From the NCBI GenBank assembly GCA_963796105.1, contig CAWCKJ010000007.1:1-64000 (forward strand): a stretch of DNA of 64,000 nt, in the 5' to 3' direction. Every line of letters starts with the position of its first letter. Position 1 is the first letter of the stretch. This stretch comes from a candidate division FCPU426 bacterium. GTDB taxonomy: Bacteria; Oederibacteriota; Muellerivitia; Muellerivitales; Muellerivitaceae. A program made the translations under genes and the position numbers. Below the pieces are notes generated by a model that saw only the letters and a program-made list of their open reading frames with translations, did not search any database and had not been told where the DNA came from. Positions 29,983 through 40,924 of this stretch are shown here, in pieces.

Positions 29983-31325
29983 AGGATGCCTCCCTGCGCG
30001 GCGGGGGGCATGTAAATGGGCACCGTCTCCTCAAGGTTGTTGTCGGTGTAGGTCCAGGAAACGGGGCTCGCCTGGATATTGGTGCTGCTCCAAACCCCGC
30101 CCCCCCCACCCGCCCCGGCGGACGGGTAAATGGCGTTGTTGGAATTGAACGGATCGATGGCCACGCACCCCGCCCAACCCGCCCCTCCCGAGCCGCCGCT
30201 GCATCCCTCCTGGTATATGGCGCCGTTGACGTTGAAGACCGAGGAGCTGGAACCAGCCTCGGCGATGACCGACCACGAACTGCCGCCATTGGTGGTAGAA
30301 AAGACCCTGTCGGGTCCGCCCCACCAATCGATGGTCGTGACCAAGGCATGGCTGGCGTTCTCGTGGTCAACGCAGATACCGGCATAACCGCCGCTGCCGC
30401 TGGGCGGCCCGTTGGAGGGGGTCACGTTGGACCAAGCCAGGGTACTCGTGTTGAGTTTCCAGATTTGACCGGTCGAGATGCTGTTGGGTCCGTAGCCGCC
30501 GCTGTCATAAACGATCCAAAGGTTGCCGTCGGTGCCCAGGCTGGCGTGGGGTGTGACCATGTTGGACGGCCCGCCGGAAATGAGGGCCCAGCTCCCGCCC
30601 GCGTTGGTGGAGCGGTAGACGTTGCTGTTTCCCGAGCTCATGACCAAGACACCAACGTAGACGGTGGCCGAAGCCGAGCCCGAGGTGCCGTGGGGGTCGA
30701 AGATCACCCAGGAAAGCCCGTAGCCGGTGTCGCCATTCACTGGGAAGGCGGTCACCTGCGACCAGCTGGTCGCCGAGTTGGTGCTGACCCACAGCCCCTG
30801 CCAGCGGGAGCTGAAATAAAGCTTGGAAGTCAGGTTGGGGTCCACGGCCAGGCGCTCGCCCGCCTCCCTGCCGTCGTTGTTGCCCGCGATGGTGACCGGT
30901 ATGGCGTTGGCGGTCCAGGAATTGCCCTGGTTCGTGGAGCTGAGGATCGTGCCGGGGCCGGAGAAACCCGCCGCCGCGTAAACCACGTTGGCATTCACCG
31001 GATCAGGCGCGATGCTCTCCCCCCCGAAGTTGTTGCCCCCTCCATACATGTCGGTCAGGGGAATCCACTGGCCGGCGGAATTGTTCCAACGGTAGAAACC
31101 GCCGACGTCGGTTCTCGCGTAAAGAAGGCCCTGGGAAACCGGGCTGTAAGCGAGCCCGGGGACGAAACCGCCGCCCATGATGACGACGTTCTGCCAGTTA
31201 TAGGCCTGGGCGAAGGCGAGACTTTGGAACCCGAAAAGGAGGAGCGTAGCGACCGCAAGTGTCCTGAAAACCCTTCCAAGAATTGGCCGGGAAAGAAAAT
31301 CGTTTTTATCTTTGTGCACACACAT
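29983..31325 (-). pseudogene. GH74 xyloglucanase, C-terminally truncated by the IS
   Basis: YNWQNVVIMGGGFVPG, LYARTDVGG, GGESIAPDP, GREAGERLAVDPN, Asp-box STNxGxSW repeats, NLEETV. Runs into the IS end before the second propeller. Confidence 0.88.
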
Positions 31326-31396
31326 TTTATCCTCGAGGTATCAGTGGCGAAGAAGATTGGATTGTTACTAGAAATATACCCGAGGAATTAATGTCG

Positions 31397-31436
31397 TAAT
31401 TTATAAAATATAAACATTTTATTTATATTTTATAAA
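31397..31436 (-). promoter_or_regulatory. 40-bp AT-rich operator, copy 1
   Basis: TAATTTATAAAATATAAACATTTTATTTATATTTTATAAA; related copies at 41364 and 43550. Confidence 0.6.
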
Positions 31437-31491
31437 TGGGCTTTACCCTTTCTTTTCATTGTACCAAAGGCCTTGCCAACCGGTGAAGCCT

Positions 31492-32481
31492 CTAAGCCGA
31501 CTCCCTGATGATCAAGTGGGTATTCAACTGCTGGGTGCTCCGGACATTTTCATCGCCGAGCCCTAGGTGTATGAGTTTTTGAACGGCCTTCACGCCCAAT
31601 TCGTGGAGGTCATAACCTACGGTCGTGAGGGCCGGCGTCACAAAAGAAGAAATCTCAATATCGCCACAACCCATAACGGCAAAAACCCTTTCTTTTTTTG
31701 CGTTTTGAAGGGCTTTTAAAACCCCGATGGCCATCTCGTCATTGGCCGCAAAGATAGCGTTGGGGAGATGGGACATTTTCAAAAATTTGTCGGCTGCTTC
31801 CAGTCCCGATTTGATGGTGTAATACCCTGGTTGGATAAGACCCTCTTCAACGGCGATGCCGGCCTCTTTCAGCGCCTGACGGTAGCCTTCCTCGCGATCC
31901 CTCGAATCAGTGAGTTCGGGAGGGCCAGTGATAAAACCGATCCTCTTGTGGCCTTTTTGGATCAGGTATTCGGTTGCCTGTTTTCCCCCGTTGAAGTTGT
32001 CGATGATGACCGAGGGAAGAATGTTCTCAAATCGCCTTTCATTAACCACCACCATGGGAAACTTGTGGTGGGCAAGTTCGCGGATCAAGCTTTCCATCTG
32101 AAGAGGCGGAAGGAATACCAAAAGACCTTCCACCACCGACGGCTCGGTCAAGGTTTGGATAATCTCCCGTTCCGCAACGGTTCCATGAGTGAAGGTCACG
32201 AGAATAAGAAGCTTCCCCTGGCGCCTGGCTTCCTCTTCAATGCCCATGATGACCGCAGTCACATAGGGGTTCAGGGCAGGAGTCAAGACCCCCAGGAAAC
32301 CCGTCTTGCGGGAGTTGGACAAGGCCTGGGCAAAACGGTTGGGCCGGTACTTCATCATCCTAATAATAGCCTTTATTTTGCGCCCGGTTTCTTCCCTCAC
32401 CGCCAACCCGTTCATGACCCGAGAGACCGTCGCCTCGGAGACACCCGCTTTCTGCGCGATTTGTTGGATTGTCACACCCAT
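31492..32481 (-). CDS. LacI-family transcriptional regulator
   Basis: TIQQIAQKAGVSEATVSRVMNG, YRPNRFAQAL, AIFAANDEMAIG, PALTTV. Confidence 0.95.
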   Translation of the reverse strand: MGVTIQQIAQKAGVSEATVSRVMNGLAVREETGRKIKAIIRMMKYRPNRFAQALSNSRKTGFLGVLTPALNPYVTAVIMGIEEEARRQGKLLILVTFTHGTVAEREIIQTLTEPSVVEGLLVFLPPLQMESLIRELAHHKFPMVVVNERRFENILPSVIIDNFNGGKQATEYLIQKGHKRIGFITGPPELTDSRDREEGYRQALKEAGIAVEEGLIQPGYYTIKSGLEAADKFLKMSHLPNAIFAANDEMAIGVLKALQNAKKERVFAVMGCGDIEISSFVTPALTTVGYDLHELGVKAVQKLIHLGLGDENVRSTQQLNTHLIIRESA

Positions 32482-32606
32482 TCATTCCCTCCAGGAAATG
32501 CAACAAAATCAAACGTCAAAGGGTTTATCCACTGTTTCTCCGTATAAATGTGGTGGCACCCTTCACGGGAAAATAGAAACACGCAACCTCCAGGGATATC
32601 TAATCG

Positions 32607-35600
32607 TTATTGCACCGCTAAATAATCCAGGTTGACGCACCCATTCCCCGGTTCCTTATGAAGGACTACGCTGTTTGCTCCCTTTTTCAGGTCCAAATTC
32701 AATTCCAGGTTGCCCCAGGTTTCCCAATCCCCCAAGTCCTTGAACCTTAATTTGTCCAGGGATTTTCCGTTCACCAGAAGGGTCAAGGTTTGCTCGCTCC
32801 CCATGCCGTTGGCGAAGCGGACGATGGCATGGTATTTCCCCGTCCTGGGAACGTTCACCGTAAAATCCGTTTTCTGGCCCAAACCCTGGTAATAACCCGC
32901 CACGAAACCCTTGCCCAGGAAACCCTCGTGATCCGACGCCACTTCGGCCCCACCGGAGAGCACCGCTTCCTCGGCCTCATAAACCATTCCGGCGGGCCTC
33001 GGAACCGGGATAGGCCGGCCGGTCGTGGTGACCGGCCCTATGCCATCGGCTGGGCGGTCCAATGCCAAAACGAGAAGCATTTGGCGAGCCTTGGTATTTC
33101 CCGGATCAAGGAAAACATTGATCTTATGCACAGTTTGGATGAACCCGGCGTGGCCGCCGGTGGGCAAGGCAGCATAGACGACCCGGGCGGGGATGGGAGG
33201 AAGCACCAGTGTCTTTTCCCGCCACCCATTCAGGTGGATATAGATTCTCTTGCCTTCATGCGTGGAGTGCCCGTACTCACCGGGCAGGAACGGCCCGGGT
33301 TTCTCCCCGCCCTTCGGAACGACGGGCAAAGTGGACCGGGCCTTTAATTCCGGTACTAAAAACCAAGGGCCACCCTGGGCGTAGGACGTCACAGCATCCC
33401 CTCCCACGGAAATCCGATAGCGACTGGCTGTTTCCTCCAAACGAGCGCTGGATTTCGCGGGAGATTTTCCCAGTTCGTCGAAAACGGCCAAGCGGTTCTT
33501 GCCAACCTTCATCCAGCAGGAAGGCAGCCAGATACCGGGACAGCCCTTTAAAATTTCAGGATAACGCCCCAGGTTGTGGCCGTTGAGCCAAAGGCTTCCG
33601 CTGGAAAGCCCGTCGGTAGCGAAACGGTACACGAAACCCGTTTCCGGGAGCCGGTCCAAATGGAAGGTCGTGCGGTAAAAAGCGGGCATCCCCTCGGTTT
33701 CGGCGGTTGTCGACCACTTGAGGCTTGGACCGTCGGGGTCCGCACCTCCCCTCATTTTCCAACCCGTTAGGGTCACCGAGCCGTCGCCGGTCTCCACCGG
33801 CCCGGCCAGGCCCTTGCGTGCTGCCAGGAAATTCAGGTTGCCGGTATAGGGGTAAAACTTAGACCTTCCAGAATAAGCGGTAAAAATGGAAAGCGAATGG
33901 TCCCCAGGTGCGATGGTGACGGGCACCTCAAAGTTTTTTCCCATCGTCCCTGTGTCGTAATAGGCGGCCCACTTCCCATCCACGAAAAGGGAGGCCCGGT
34001 CTCCGATTCGCTTGAATTTCATCAGGCTGACTGGGCGGCTGTTGGAGACCCGGGTGGAATACCAGGCATAAGCCGAGGTATCTCCGTCTTGGCCCATGGC
34101 GGGCGGAGCCCCATCCGGCAAGGAGAACCAGGCTTTGGGATCAATGGGGGGAGTGGCCAGGGCCATCTCCCATTGGGACCATTGGACCTTTTCCGGGAAA
34201 GCGGAAGGGGCCGACGGCACCCGAACCTTTTTCGCCCCTTCTTCCCCGTAAAGGGACAATTCGGAAGGCGCGGCGCTGCCATAAGGATGGTCCACGGTGA
34301 ATTGTGGATCGCCGGAAGAACTCCAGTTGAATTCACCTAGATACGGGGTTCCCACGACGATTTGGCGGCCCACAGCGGCATCCACGAACCAGGTCTTGTC
34401 GGCGGTTTCCTTACTCATCACCAGGATCCGGATTTTTGCCGTTCCGAAATTAAGCGTTTCTTCACCCACTCCCTTTGACGGGAAAATAAAAGAAAGCGCG
34501 GTATTTGAACCGGAGTTGAGATGGAAACCCGCGTCTTGAATGGTCGCTCCGCTTCCGGCTTCCGCGCTTTCAAATCCGACCCTCCCGGATTCACCGGCTT
34601 TGCCGAAACAAACCAGGGTCGTCAGGTCCACTTGGGAGACCATCCCCAAGATCCGGGTATCCGCTTGGGCCAAGGTCACTCCCGAGGCAATGGGAACCTG
34701 AACAGCCAGTCCCGTGATTTCACCGGGAGCCATCTTGATTCTGGCGCCGTCCCTCAAGACCGCCGTAATCTCGGCGTTTCCGGGGTTGTCCAGGAATATC
34801 AGGGTTCCCCCCGGGCCTGTCCTGGCCGTCACCGAGACCCCTTGCGCGAAACCCTGGAAGTCGTCCGTCGCGTCATCGCTGTCAGCCAGGATGCCAGAGA
34901 AAGATCCGGCGAAATAGGCCAGGCGCTTAATACGGAAATAAAGCTCCCGTGTCTCCCCGGCCTGCCCGAGGAAGGTTCCGTAGTCGTAGCTGGACGCATT
35001 CTCGTCGTCGTTGAAGTAACCGAAATTGGTTCCGCCGTGGGCCATATAGAAGTTGAACCCGTTGCCGCCCCGGGCCAATATCTCCCACGGATGCCTTTCC
35101 CCGTTCTTAAGGTCCTCGCCGGTGTTCCCGTAACGGTCGAACCAGGTGGTCCAAAGCTCGGTGCACATCCAGGGGCTTATGCGAAGGAAGGAGCCCACCG
35201 GCGCTTCCGGGGCCGAGTCACCGCCATGGTGGAGGCCGCTGAAATACATCGGCACCTCCAGCCCGTTGCGGCACGCCTGACTAAGCAGGTGCCGAAAATA
35301 ACCACCGTCCATGTCCAGCCCCCAATGCCGCCCCTCATCCGTAGCCTGTTCGTTCTCCAATTGGATCAAGATGACGTTGCCGCCCCTGTGAATTTGCCGT
35401 TTGGCGATGATCGGGAGCATGCGATCGAACCAGGCGTCTACGCATTTCAAATACGGACGGTTGTACTTGCGGACCTCCAAGCCGGGCTTAAAGATCAACC
35501 AGGTCGGGAACCCTCCGTTTTCCCATTCGGCGCAGCAATAAGGCCCCACGCGGACAATGGCCCAAAGCCCGACGTCCTTGGCCGTGTCGAGGAAGGCCCC

Positions 35601-35966
35601 CAAATCCCGGCTCTCAGTGGTGAAGTCGAACCGGCAGTCTTGTGCCTCGTGGTAGTTCCAAAAAACGTAAGTCTCGACCGAATTGAAGCCCGCGCGTTTG
35701 AGCTTGAGCAGGATGTCGCGCCAGTTTTCCCTCGGCACCCTCGCGTAATGCACGCTGCCCGAGAGGAGAAAAGTGCGCTTTCCGTTGATGACAAAGCCCC
35801 GGCCATCGAAACGGATGGCGCGGGCCGCCGCCGAGGCTGGCGGCAGGATGTCGTCATTGGGGTGATAACTCCAATAGCCGGACCATCCGGCCATCGGCAG
35901 GAGCGCGGTAACAACCAGTGGCAGGAATAACTTTACACATCTTTTTTTCATCCGGTTGATCCCCAA
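32607..35966 (-). CDS. GH35 beta-galactosidase with a C-terminal CBM6/35-like module
   Basis: Signal peptide; SGSVHYARVP, ETYVFWNYHE, RVGPYCCAEWENGGFP, IQLENE, CTELW, YMAHGGTNFG, SYDY; C-terminal YEAEEA...NLDYL. Confidence 0.92.
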   Translation of the reverse strand: MGINRMKKRCVKLFLPLVVTALLPMAGWSGYWSYHPNDDILPPASAAARAIRFDGRGFVINGKRTFLLSGSVHYARVPRENWRDILLKLKRAGFNSVETYVFWNYHEAQDCRFDFTTESRDLGAFLDTAKDVGLWAIVRVGPYCCAEWENGGFPTWLIFKPGLEVRKYNRPYLKCVDAWFDRMLPIIAKRQIHRGGNVILIQLENEQATDEGRHWGLDMDGGYFRHLLSQACRNGLEVPMYFSGLHHGGDSAPEAPVGSFLRISPWMCTELWTTWFDRYGNTGEDLKNGERHPWEILARGGNGFNFYMAHGGTNFGYFNDDENASSYDYGTFLGQAGETRELYFRIKRLAYFAGSFSGILADSDDATDDFQGFAQGVSVTARTGPGGTLIFLDNPGNAEITAVLRDGARIKMAPGEITGLAVQVPIASGVTLAQADTRILGMVSQVDLTTLVCFGKAGESGRVGFESAEAGSGATIQDAGFHLNSGSNTALSFIFPSKGVGEETLNFGTAKIRILVMSKETADKTWFVDAAVGRQIVVGTPYLGEFNWSSSGDPQFTVDHPYGSAAPSELSLYGEEGAKKVRVPSAPSAFPEKVQWSQWEMALATPPIDPKAWFSLPDGAPPAMGQDGDTSAYAWYSTRVSNSRPVSLMKFKRIGDRASLFVDGKWAAYYDTGTMGKNFEVPVTIAPGDHSLSIFTAYSGRSKFYPYTGNLNFLAARKGLAGPVETGDGSVTLTGWKMRGGADPDGPSLKWSTTAETEGMPAFYRTTFHLDRLPETGFVYRFATDGLSSGSLWLNGHNLGRYPEILKGCPGIWLPSCWMKVGKNRLAVFDELGKSPAKSSARLEETASRYRISVGGDAVTSYAQGGPWFLVPELKARSTLPVVPKGGEKPGPFLPGEYGHSTHEGKRIYIHLNGWREKTLVLPPIPARVVYAALPTGGHAGFIQTVHKINVFLDPGNTKARQMLLVLALDRPADGIGPVTTTGRPIPVPRPAGMVYEAEEAVLSGGAEVASDHEGFLGKGFVAGYYQGLGQKTDFTVNVPRTGKYHAIVRFANGMGSEQTLTLLVNGKSLDKLRFKDLGDWETWGNLELNLDLKKGANSVVLHKEPGNGCVNLDYLAVQ

Positions 35967-35982
35967 TGAATCTTCTGCCTGG

Positions 35983-38133
35983 TTACTGGACCGTCAAATA
36001 ATCCAGGTTGACGCACCCGTCTCCCTCTTCCTTACGCAACGAGACGGTGTCGACCCCCTGTTTCAAATTAAGTTCAAAGTCCAATTCGGCCCAGGTTTCC
36101 CAATCCGTCAGGTTCCGGAAACGCAGCCGTTTCACTTGCTTGCCGTTGACGTAGAGACTTAAAGTCTGTTCTCCCCCCATGGCATTGGAGAATCGGAGGG
36201 TGGCCTTGTGCACCCCGCCCTTTTCCACCTTCACCCTGAACTCTGTATTTTGGCCCAAGCCCTGGTAATAACCTGCCACAAAGCCCTTGCCCGAATAGCC
36301 GTCGTGATCCATGGCGAGAGCGGCTCCCCCGGTTAAAACCGCATCCTCGGCCTCGTAGACGGTACCGATGGTTTTGGGAAGGGACCAATCATGTTCCGGG
36401 ATCAGCGGCTCCTGAAAGGGCGTCGGCGACAAGTGCTTCCCGGTGATTTTGAGGGTGAGGGTGTAGTCCGAAACGTGTTTTGCCGGGAGCGCAACCCGAA
36501 GGCCTTCCGAGTCCTGTTTCCAGTCAAGCTTGCCTTCATAGCCCAGCAATTCCACATTTTGGAGCCTATTTTGGTTCTTACCCGAAACCTTCGCCAAAGA
36601 CCGGACGAGGACTTTCCTGTCCTGGGGCCAGGCCAGCACCGTGGCGTAGAGAACGCCATCCTTGGTGGTGAAACGGATATCCGAGGGCTTGAAACGGATG
36701 GCCCGTTCGATGTTCATGCCCGCCCGGGCCTTGTTGGGGCCCTCCCCGAAAACCTTCCAGGGCCGGGTGCCGAATATGCTCTCCTGGTTGACCTTCATCC
36801 ACCGGGCCATTCCCTTGAGGAACTCGACCTCGTCGGGGTCTAGCGTGCCGTCGCCCTTCACCGGCACGGAAAGCAGCAGGTTTCCGTTCTTGGACACGAT
36901 GTCCAACAGCATATGCACGACCTGGTCCACGGTTTTATACTTATGTTTCTCGAACACGCCCCGGTCGTAGTGCCAGTTCCCGATGCACGTGTCCGTCTGC
37001 CAGGGAAGGGTCTGGATGCCGCCCGCACCGCCGCGCTCGTTGTCCTGCACCACTGCGGGGAGGTGTTCCGTCTGCACCCGCTTGCATGTCAGGACGGCTT
37101 CCAGCTTTCCCCCGTGGTTGGCCATATTGGAGTTGTAATAGTCCGCGGCGATATCCAAACCCGCCTTCCCCAAGGGAAGTTCCGTGTCGTCGAGATAGAA
37201 GAGATCCGGATGGTATTTTTCCACGAGCTCCTGGGCCCGGAGGTACCACTTGTCCGTGTAATAGGAATCATGGGGCGGCGGCGGTACGTTCCCGTCAATG
37301 AAGTGTTGCGTGTGCCATGCCTCCATGTCCTGGTTGTTCTTGATTGAGTTAGGCGGCACGAAAAAGGGGCCCCCGTACAGCTCCTGCGGGTCCAGCCCTT
37401 CCCACCACTTCCCCTTGCCGTCCGCCTGGGTCAGCCAACCATCGTACCGGATGCCGGCCTTGGGCCCCGTTGGGTCGTAGCCGTAGGCGGACTGGAACCA
37501 GAACCAGGTGCGCGAGGAATGGTTGGAAACGCCGAAACGCAACCCGGCCGCGCGGGCCGTCTTTTCCCAGGTGCCCACGATGTCCTTGTGGGGGCCAATG
37601 TGAACCGAGTTCCATTCCTGGTAGGTCGAATCATAGCAGTCGAAATTATCGTGGTGGTTGGCGAGGGCCACGAAATACTTGGCACCGGCATCTTTATAGA
37701 GGGCCATAAGTTTCTCCGGGTCCCAATGCTCGGCATGCCAGATGTTGTCGATATCCTTGAAACCGAATTCGGAAGGGTGCCCGTAGCGCTTTAAATGGTC
37801 GTTGTAATGGTAATTACCCGGGATGTACATTTGCCGCGCGTACCAATCCCCTTGCTCGGGCTGGCACTGGGCGCTCCAATGGGCCCAAATTCCGAACTTA
37901 GCATCCCGGAACCAAACCGGGCACTTGTAATTTTTTACCAGAGAACCCCAGTTCGGCTCAAAAAGACCGGAAACGGCTGTTCGTTTCGGCAGGGGCTTGG
38001 ATGGTGCCTTGGGCATGGCACGGCCTTTGGCATCGGTAATTTGGACATCCGTTCCCCCTGAGATCCTTGACGCCAGCATTACGGCGGCCAACCCTAGGCA
38101 GAACTTGAATTTCCATTTATAGGGATTTTTCAT
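35983..38133 (-). CDS. GH29 alpha-L-fucosidase with a C-terminal CBM6/35-like module
   Basis: WFRDAKFGIWAHW, AGAKYFVALANHHDNF, LFYLD, WQTDTCIGNW, DIVSKNGNLLL, IFGTRPW, IRFTTK. Confidence 0.93.
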   Translation of the reverse strand: MKNPYKWKFKFCLGLAAVMLASRISGGTDVQITDAKGRAMPKAPSKPLPKRTAVSGLFEPNWGSLVKNYKCPVWFRDAKFGIWAHWSAQCQPEQGDWYARQMYIPGNYHYNDHLKRYGHPSEFGFKDIDNIWHAEHWDPEKLMALYKDAGAKYFVALANHHDNFDCYDSTYQEWNSVHIGPHKDIVGTWEKTARAAGLRFGVSNHSSRTWFWFQSAYGYDPTGPKAGIRYDGWLTQADGKGKWWEGLDPQELYGGPFFVPPNSIKNNQDMEAWHTQHFIDGNVPPPPHDSYYTDKWYLRAQELVEKYHPDLFYLDDTELPLGKAGLDIAADYYNSNMANHGGKLEAVLTCKRVQTEHLPAVVQDNERGGAGGIQTLPWQTDTCIGNWHYDRGVFEKHKYKTVDQVVHMLLDIVSKNGNLLLSVPVKGDGTLDPDEVEFLKGMARWMKVNQESIFGTRPWKVFGEGPNKARAGMNIERAIRFKPSDIRFTTKDGVLYATVLAWPQDRKVLVRSLAKVSGKNQNRLQNVELLGYEGKLDWKQDSEGLRVALPAKHVSDYTLTLKITGKHLSPTPFQEPLIPEHDWSLPKTIGTVYEAEDAVLTGGAALAMDHDGYSGKGFVAGYYQGLGQNTEFRVKVEKGGVHKATLRFSNAMGGEQTLSLYVNGKQVKRLRFRNLTDWETWAELDFELNLKQGVDTVSLRKEEGDGCVNLDYLTVQ

Positions 38134-38253
38134 GCCTTAAATTCCCCTTTTGATTCCTTCCGAGATATTGCTTCAGCCTTTGAAGCCGATTTTCCCGCGA
38201 AGGGTGCGATTGATTTCCGCGGATTTTTCAATCGTTTCGCCCTGAAATATGAA

Positions 38254-40827
38254 TCATTGGGCGACCACCAATTCCGCCGAAAAAGCGGGAACAAGGATTT
38301 TAAGTTCCGTCCCTGAAATACTTTGAGGGCCCGAATCCACTAACCGTTTTCCGGAACTCTCGGAGATGGTGTAGGTGTTGTATGAAGTGACGGAGTCTGG
38401 AAGGGCAATGGTGGTATTGATGGACGTATCATGATTCTTGTTGACCAAAACCACGAAAGTCTTGGTGGCGTCTTTGGCGCCGAAGGAATAAAGGTCCGGC
38501 GAGGAACTGGTGGCGCCCACGGTATTCCCATCCACCTTGGACCCCTTGCCGTCGTAGTTTCCGAAAAGACGGTGGGCGAGAAACAGGAAATTGTCCGGTT
38601 GTGCCCCACTCCAATCGCAGGCAATGTCCACCCCTTCCCGCATGAAGATGCCGAGTTTGACGGTTTCCAGCAGGCCCCCATGGTATTGGTGCTGAGCGGC
38701 GGGATAGTATTCGGTTATGGAATACTTGGTACCGGGATAATTCTCCGCGATGATCTTTTTCATCTTGGGGATCATCCCCACGAAGGGGTCCCACAGGTAA
38801 GGTTTGTTGCCCGGGTTCGCGCACCAGCTGTAGGGATCCTCGAGGGTCGGGTCCCACCAAACCCTCAGGGCCTCGAACTGCTTGGGCGTGACCACTGGAT
38901 CGTAGGGATAGTCCCCCGACATGCTGATCGTGCTGCCTTTGCCGTCGGTATCCCAAACATCGGGGCAGCCGTGGTTGTCCAGGAAGTCGATGAGCCGAAT
39001 GCCCGCCTTGTCCGAGAGCTTCTTCATTTGTCTCAGGTAATAAACCACCTGCGGAAGATCCCCGTGGGCCTTGCGGTCGGTCCACATTTCATGGCCCTTT
39101 TTCGCGCTGTCATCCAACTCAAATTCCTTGACGCCACCGGGCATGTAGTCCCAGTTCGAGCCGGCCAGTTCCATGACCCCCCAGCCGCTCCAGCCGATCA
39201 CTTGGGCGCTCGGGTCCGCCTCTTTCACGGCGTGGGCGTACTTGGTGTTCAGGTCCACGAGATCGTCGTAGCCGACGCCCTTGGGCCAAACGTCGCGGTG
39301 GTTGGCTACCCAACATCCAGGCTCATTGTCCATCTGGTAGAACTTCACCCCACCCTGGGAGGCCGGCCCGAAGAGCTTCACGATTGTTTGGACCCATTCC
39401 TTCTGGTATTCCGGGGTGGAAGGCACGTAGTTGAAGTGGGGGTCGTTGTCCATGATGTGCTTGTCCCCGGGCAATATGCCGTTGCCCGCGCCCTGCCCGT
39501 CGGTGGCCGTTTGGTTGGGATATTTGGAAGTCGGGAAGGAACAAAGTCTCGGCCCGTCTTTGTTTGTCGGTTTGGCCACCCAGCCGGTGGTGGGTATGGT
39601 GATGATGGCCTGGCAGCCGGCCGAAAAAGCCTCTGCGATGAACTTGGCGTAACCCTTGTCCTTTTCCTGGCCGCTCGCCGGAGGGCCGCCTGAGTTCAGG
39701 AAAAACCAGTCACCACCCCGGTTATCCGAGTCCTCTTTCCAGTTGTAGTTGGAGGTGGCGTTCCCTCCCCAGCGATTCAAGGTACCGCCCAATTGTTTCA
39801 GCTTTTCCCTGTCCTGGTAGTTGTAGCCCCAGAGGTAGGGCGAGATGGGATGGCCAAGCTCGGCTGCGAGAGAAACCGAGGCGGACTTGATCGAAACCGG
39901 GGCGACAGTCACGGTTACCGACTCGTAGGATGAAGTCTGTTTCTCGTTTTGCGCGGCCACGCCCACGACGTGCGGGCCCGCGCCCGGCAGTAAGGCGGAC
40001 TCGAGCTTCACCTGCCGTTTGTCAGCTCCTTTCACCTGGCCGGTCGCCTTCCCGTCGATGGTCACCAGGTATCGCTGGATGCCCTCGTCGCTGGCCTTGT
40101 CCCACATGAGCATTACCCCGCCTGGCGCCCGATACCACCCGAGGTTTTCCACCGGCGTGACCAGCGCGGTGTCGGTCACGTAAATTTTGTCGAAATGCAT
40201 GTAAACGGGCTTGTTCTCGGGGTAATCCCCTGACAAGTTGAGATTAAGAGTTTTCATCTTGTCCTTGGTCATTTTGGAATAATTCGGGAAGGAAGCAAAG
40301 GGAATGACCACCCGCGTCCATGTTTCGCCGATTTTCTTGCCATCGGCGTAGTTGCTAAGTTTGACCGAGCCGGAATCAACATCGCCGGTAAGCGCCGCCT
40401 CGAAATCCGCACCCGGAAAATTGGTCTTGGCGTAAAGCACGAGGTTTTTGGCCTGGGAAAAATCCTGGTTTGACCAGGAATTGTTGAAGGCAACACCGCC
40501 ACCTGCCCACTTCTTATCCCAATGCTTGTTGTCGCCGTCGGTAACCCAAGTGAACTCAAAGGAAAGGCAGTTGTCGTTGTTGGCCTCGCTGTCGAAAATG
40601 ACCCAATTCGAATAACCGCTTTGGATCTTGGATTCCATCTTCTCCTTGCAGGGGTCGGGCCGCAAAAGAAATTTGTGTTGGTCGCCCAAACAAACGATGC
40701 TTACGCCCCCTTTCCCGTCCTTGCCCGAAGAGTCGGCCCAGCAAGGGCCGTAAAAGGTGATGTCCTCGTCGCTCCAGGCGGCTGTGGATATGCATGCAAG
40801 AAAAATAATAAAAGAGATCTTTCGCAT
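38254..40827 (-). CDS. GH44 endoglucanase/xyloglucanase with N-terminal CBM-like and Fn3-like domains
   Basis: HPISPYLWGYN, RWGGNATSNYNW, MDNEPG, HRDVWP, YPGTKYSITEY. Confidence 0.88.
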   Translation of the reverse strand: MRKISFIIFLACISTAAWSDEDITFYGPCWADSSGKDGKGGVSIVCLGDQHKFLLRPDPCKEKMESKIQSGYSNWVIFDSEANNDNCLSFEFTWVTDGDNKHWDKKWAGGGVAFNNSWSNQDFSQAKNLVLYAKTNFPGADFEAALTGDVDSGSVKLSNYADGKKIGETWTRVVIPFASFPNYSKMTKDKMKTLNLNLSGDYPENKPVYMHFDKIYVTDTALVTPVENLGWYRAPGGVMLMWDKASDEGIQRYLVTIDGKATGQVKGADKRQVKLESALLPGAGPHVVGVAAQNEKQTSSYESVTVTVAPVSIKSASVSLAAELGHPISPYLWGYNYQDREKLKQLGGTLNRWGGNATSNYNWKEDSDNRGGDWFFLNSGGPPASGQEKDKGYAKFIAEAFSAGCQAIITIPTTGWVAKPTNKDGPRLCSFPTSKYPNQTATDGQGAGNGILPGDKHIMDNDPHFNYVPSTPEYQKEWVQTIVKLFGPASQGGVKFYQMDNEPGCWVANHRDVWPKGVGYDDLVDLNTKYAHAVKEADPSAQVIGWSGWGVMELAGSNWDYMPGGVKEFELDDSAKKGHEMWTDRKAHGDLPQVVYYLRQMKKLSDKAGIRLIDFLDNHGCPDVWDTDGKGSTISMSGDYPYDPVVTPKQFEALRVWWDPTLEDPYSWCANPGNKPYLWDPFVGMIPKMKKIIAENYPGTKYSITEYYPAAQHQYHGGLLETVKLGIFMREGVDIACDWSGAQPDNFLFLAHRLFGNYDGKGSKVDGNTVGATSSSPDLYSFGAKDATKTFVVLVNKNHDTSINTTIALPDSVTSYNTYTISESSGKRLVDSGPQSISGTELKILVPAFSAELVVAQ

Positions 40828-40924
40828 TAGTGCTCCTTGGATTTTTTCACCACTCCAAAATGTAACAGATATTTCTCTGGCCGCTTAGGAATGTTTGGCA
40901 CAATTGCTGTAGTTGATATTTATC

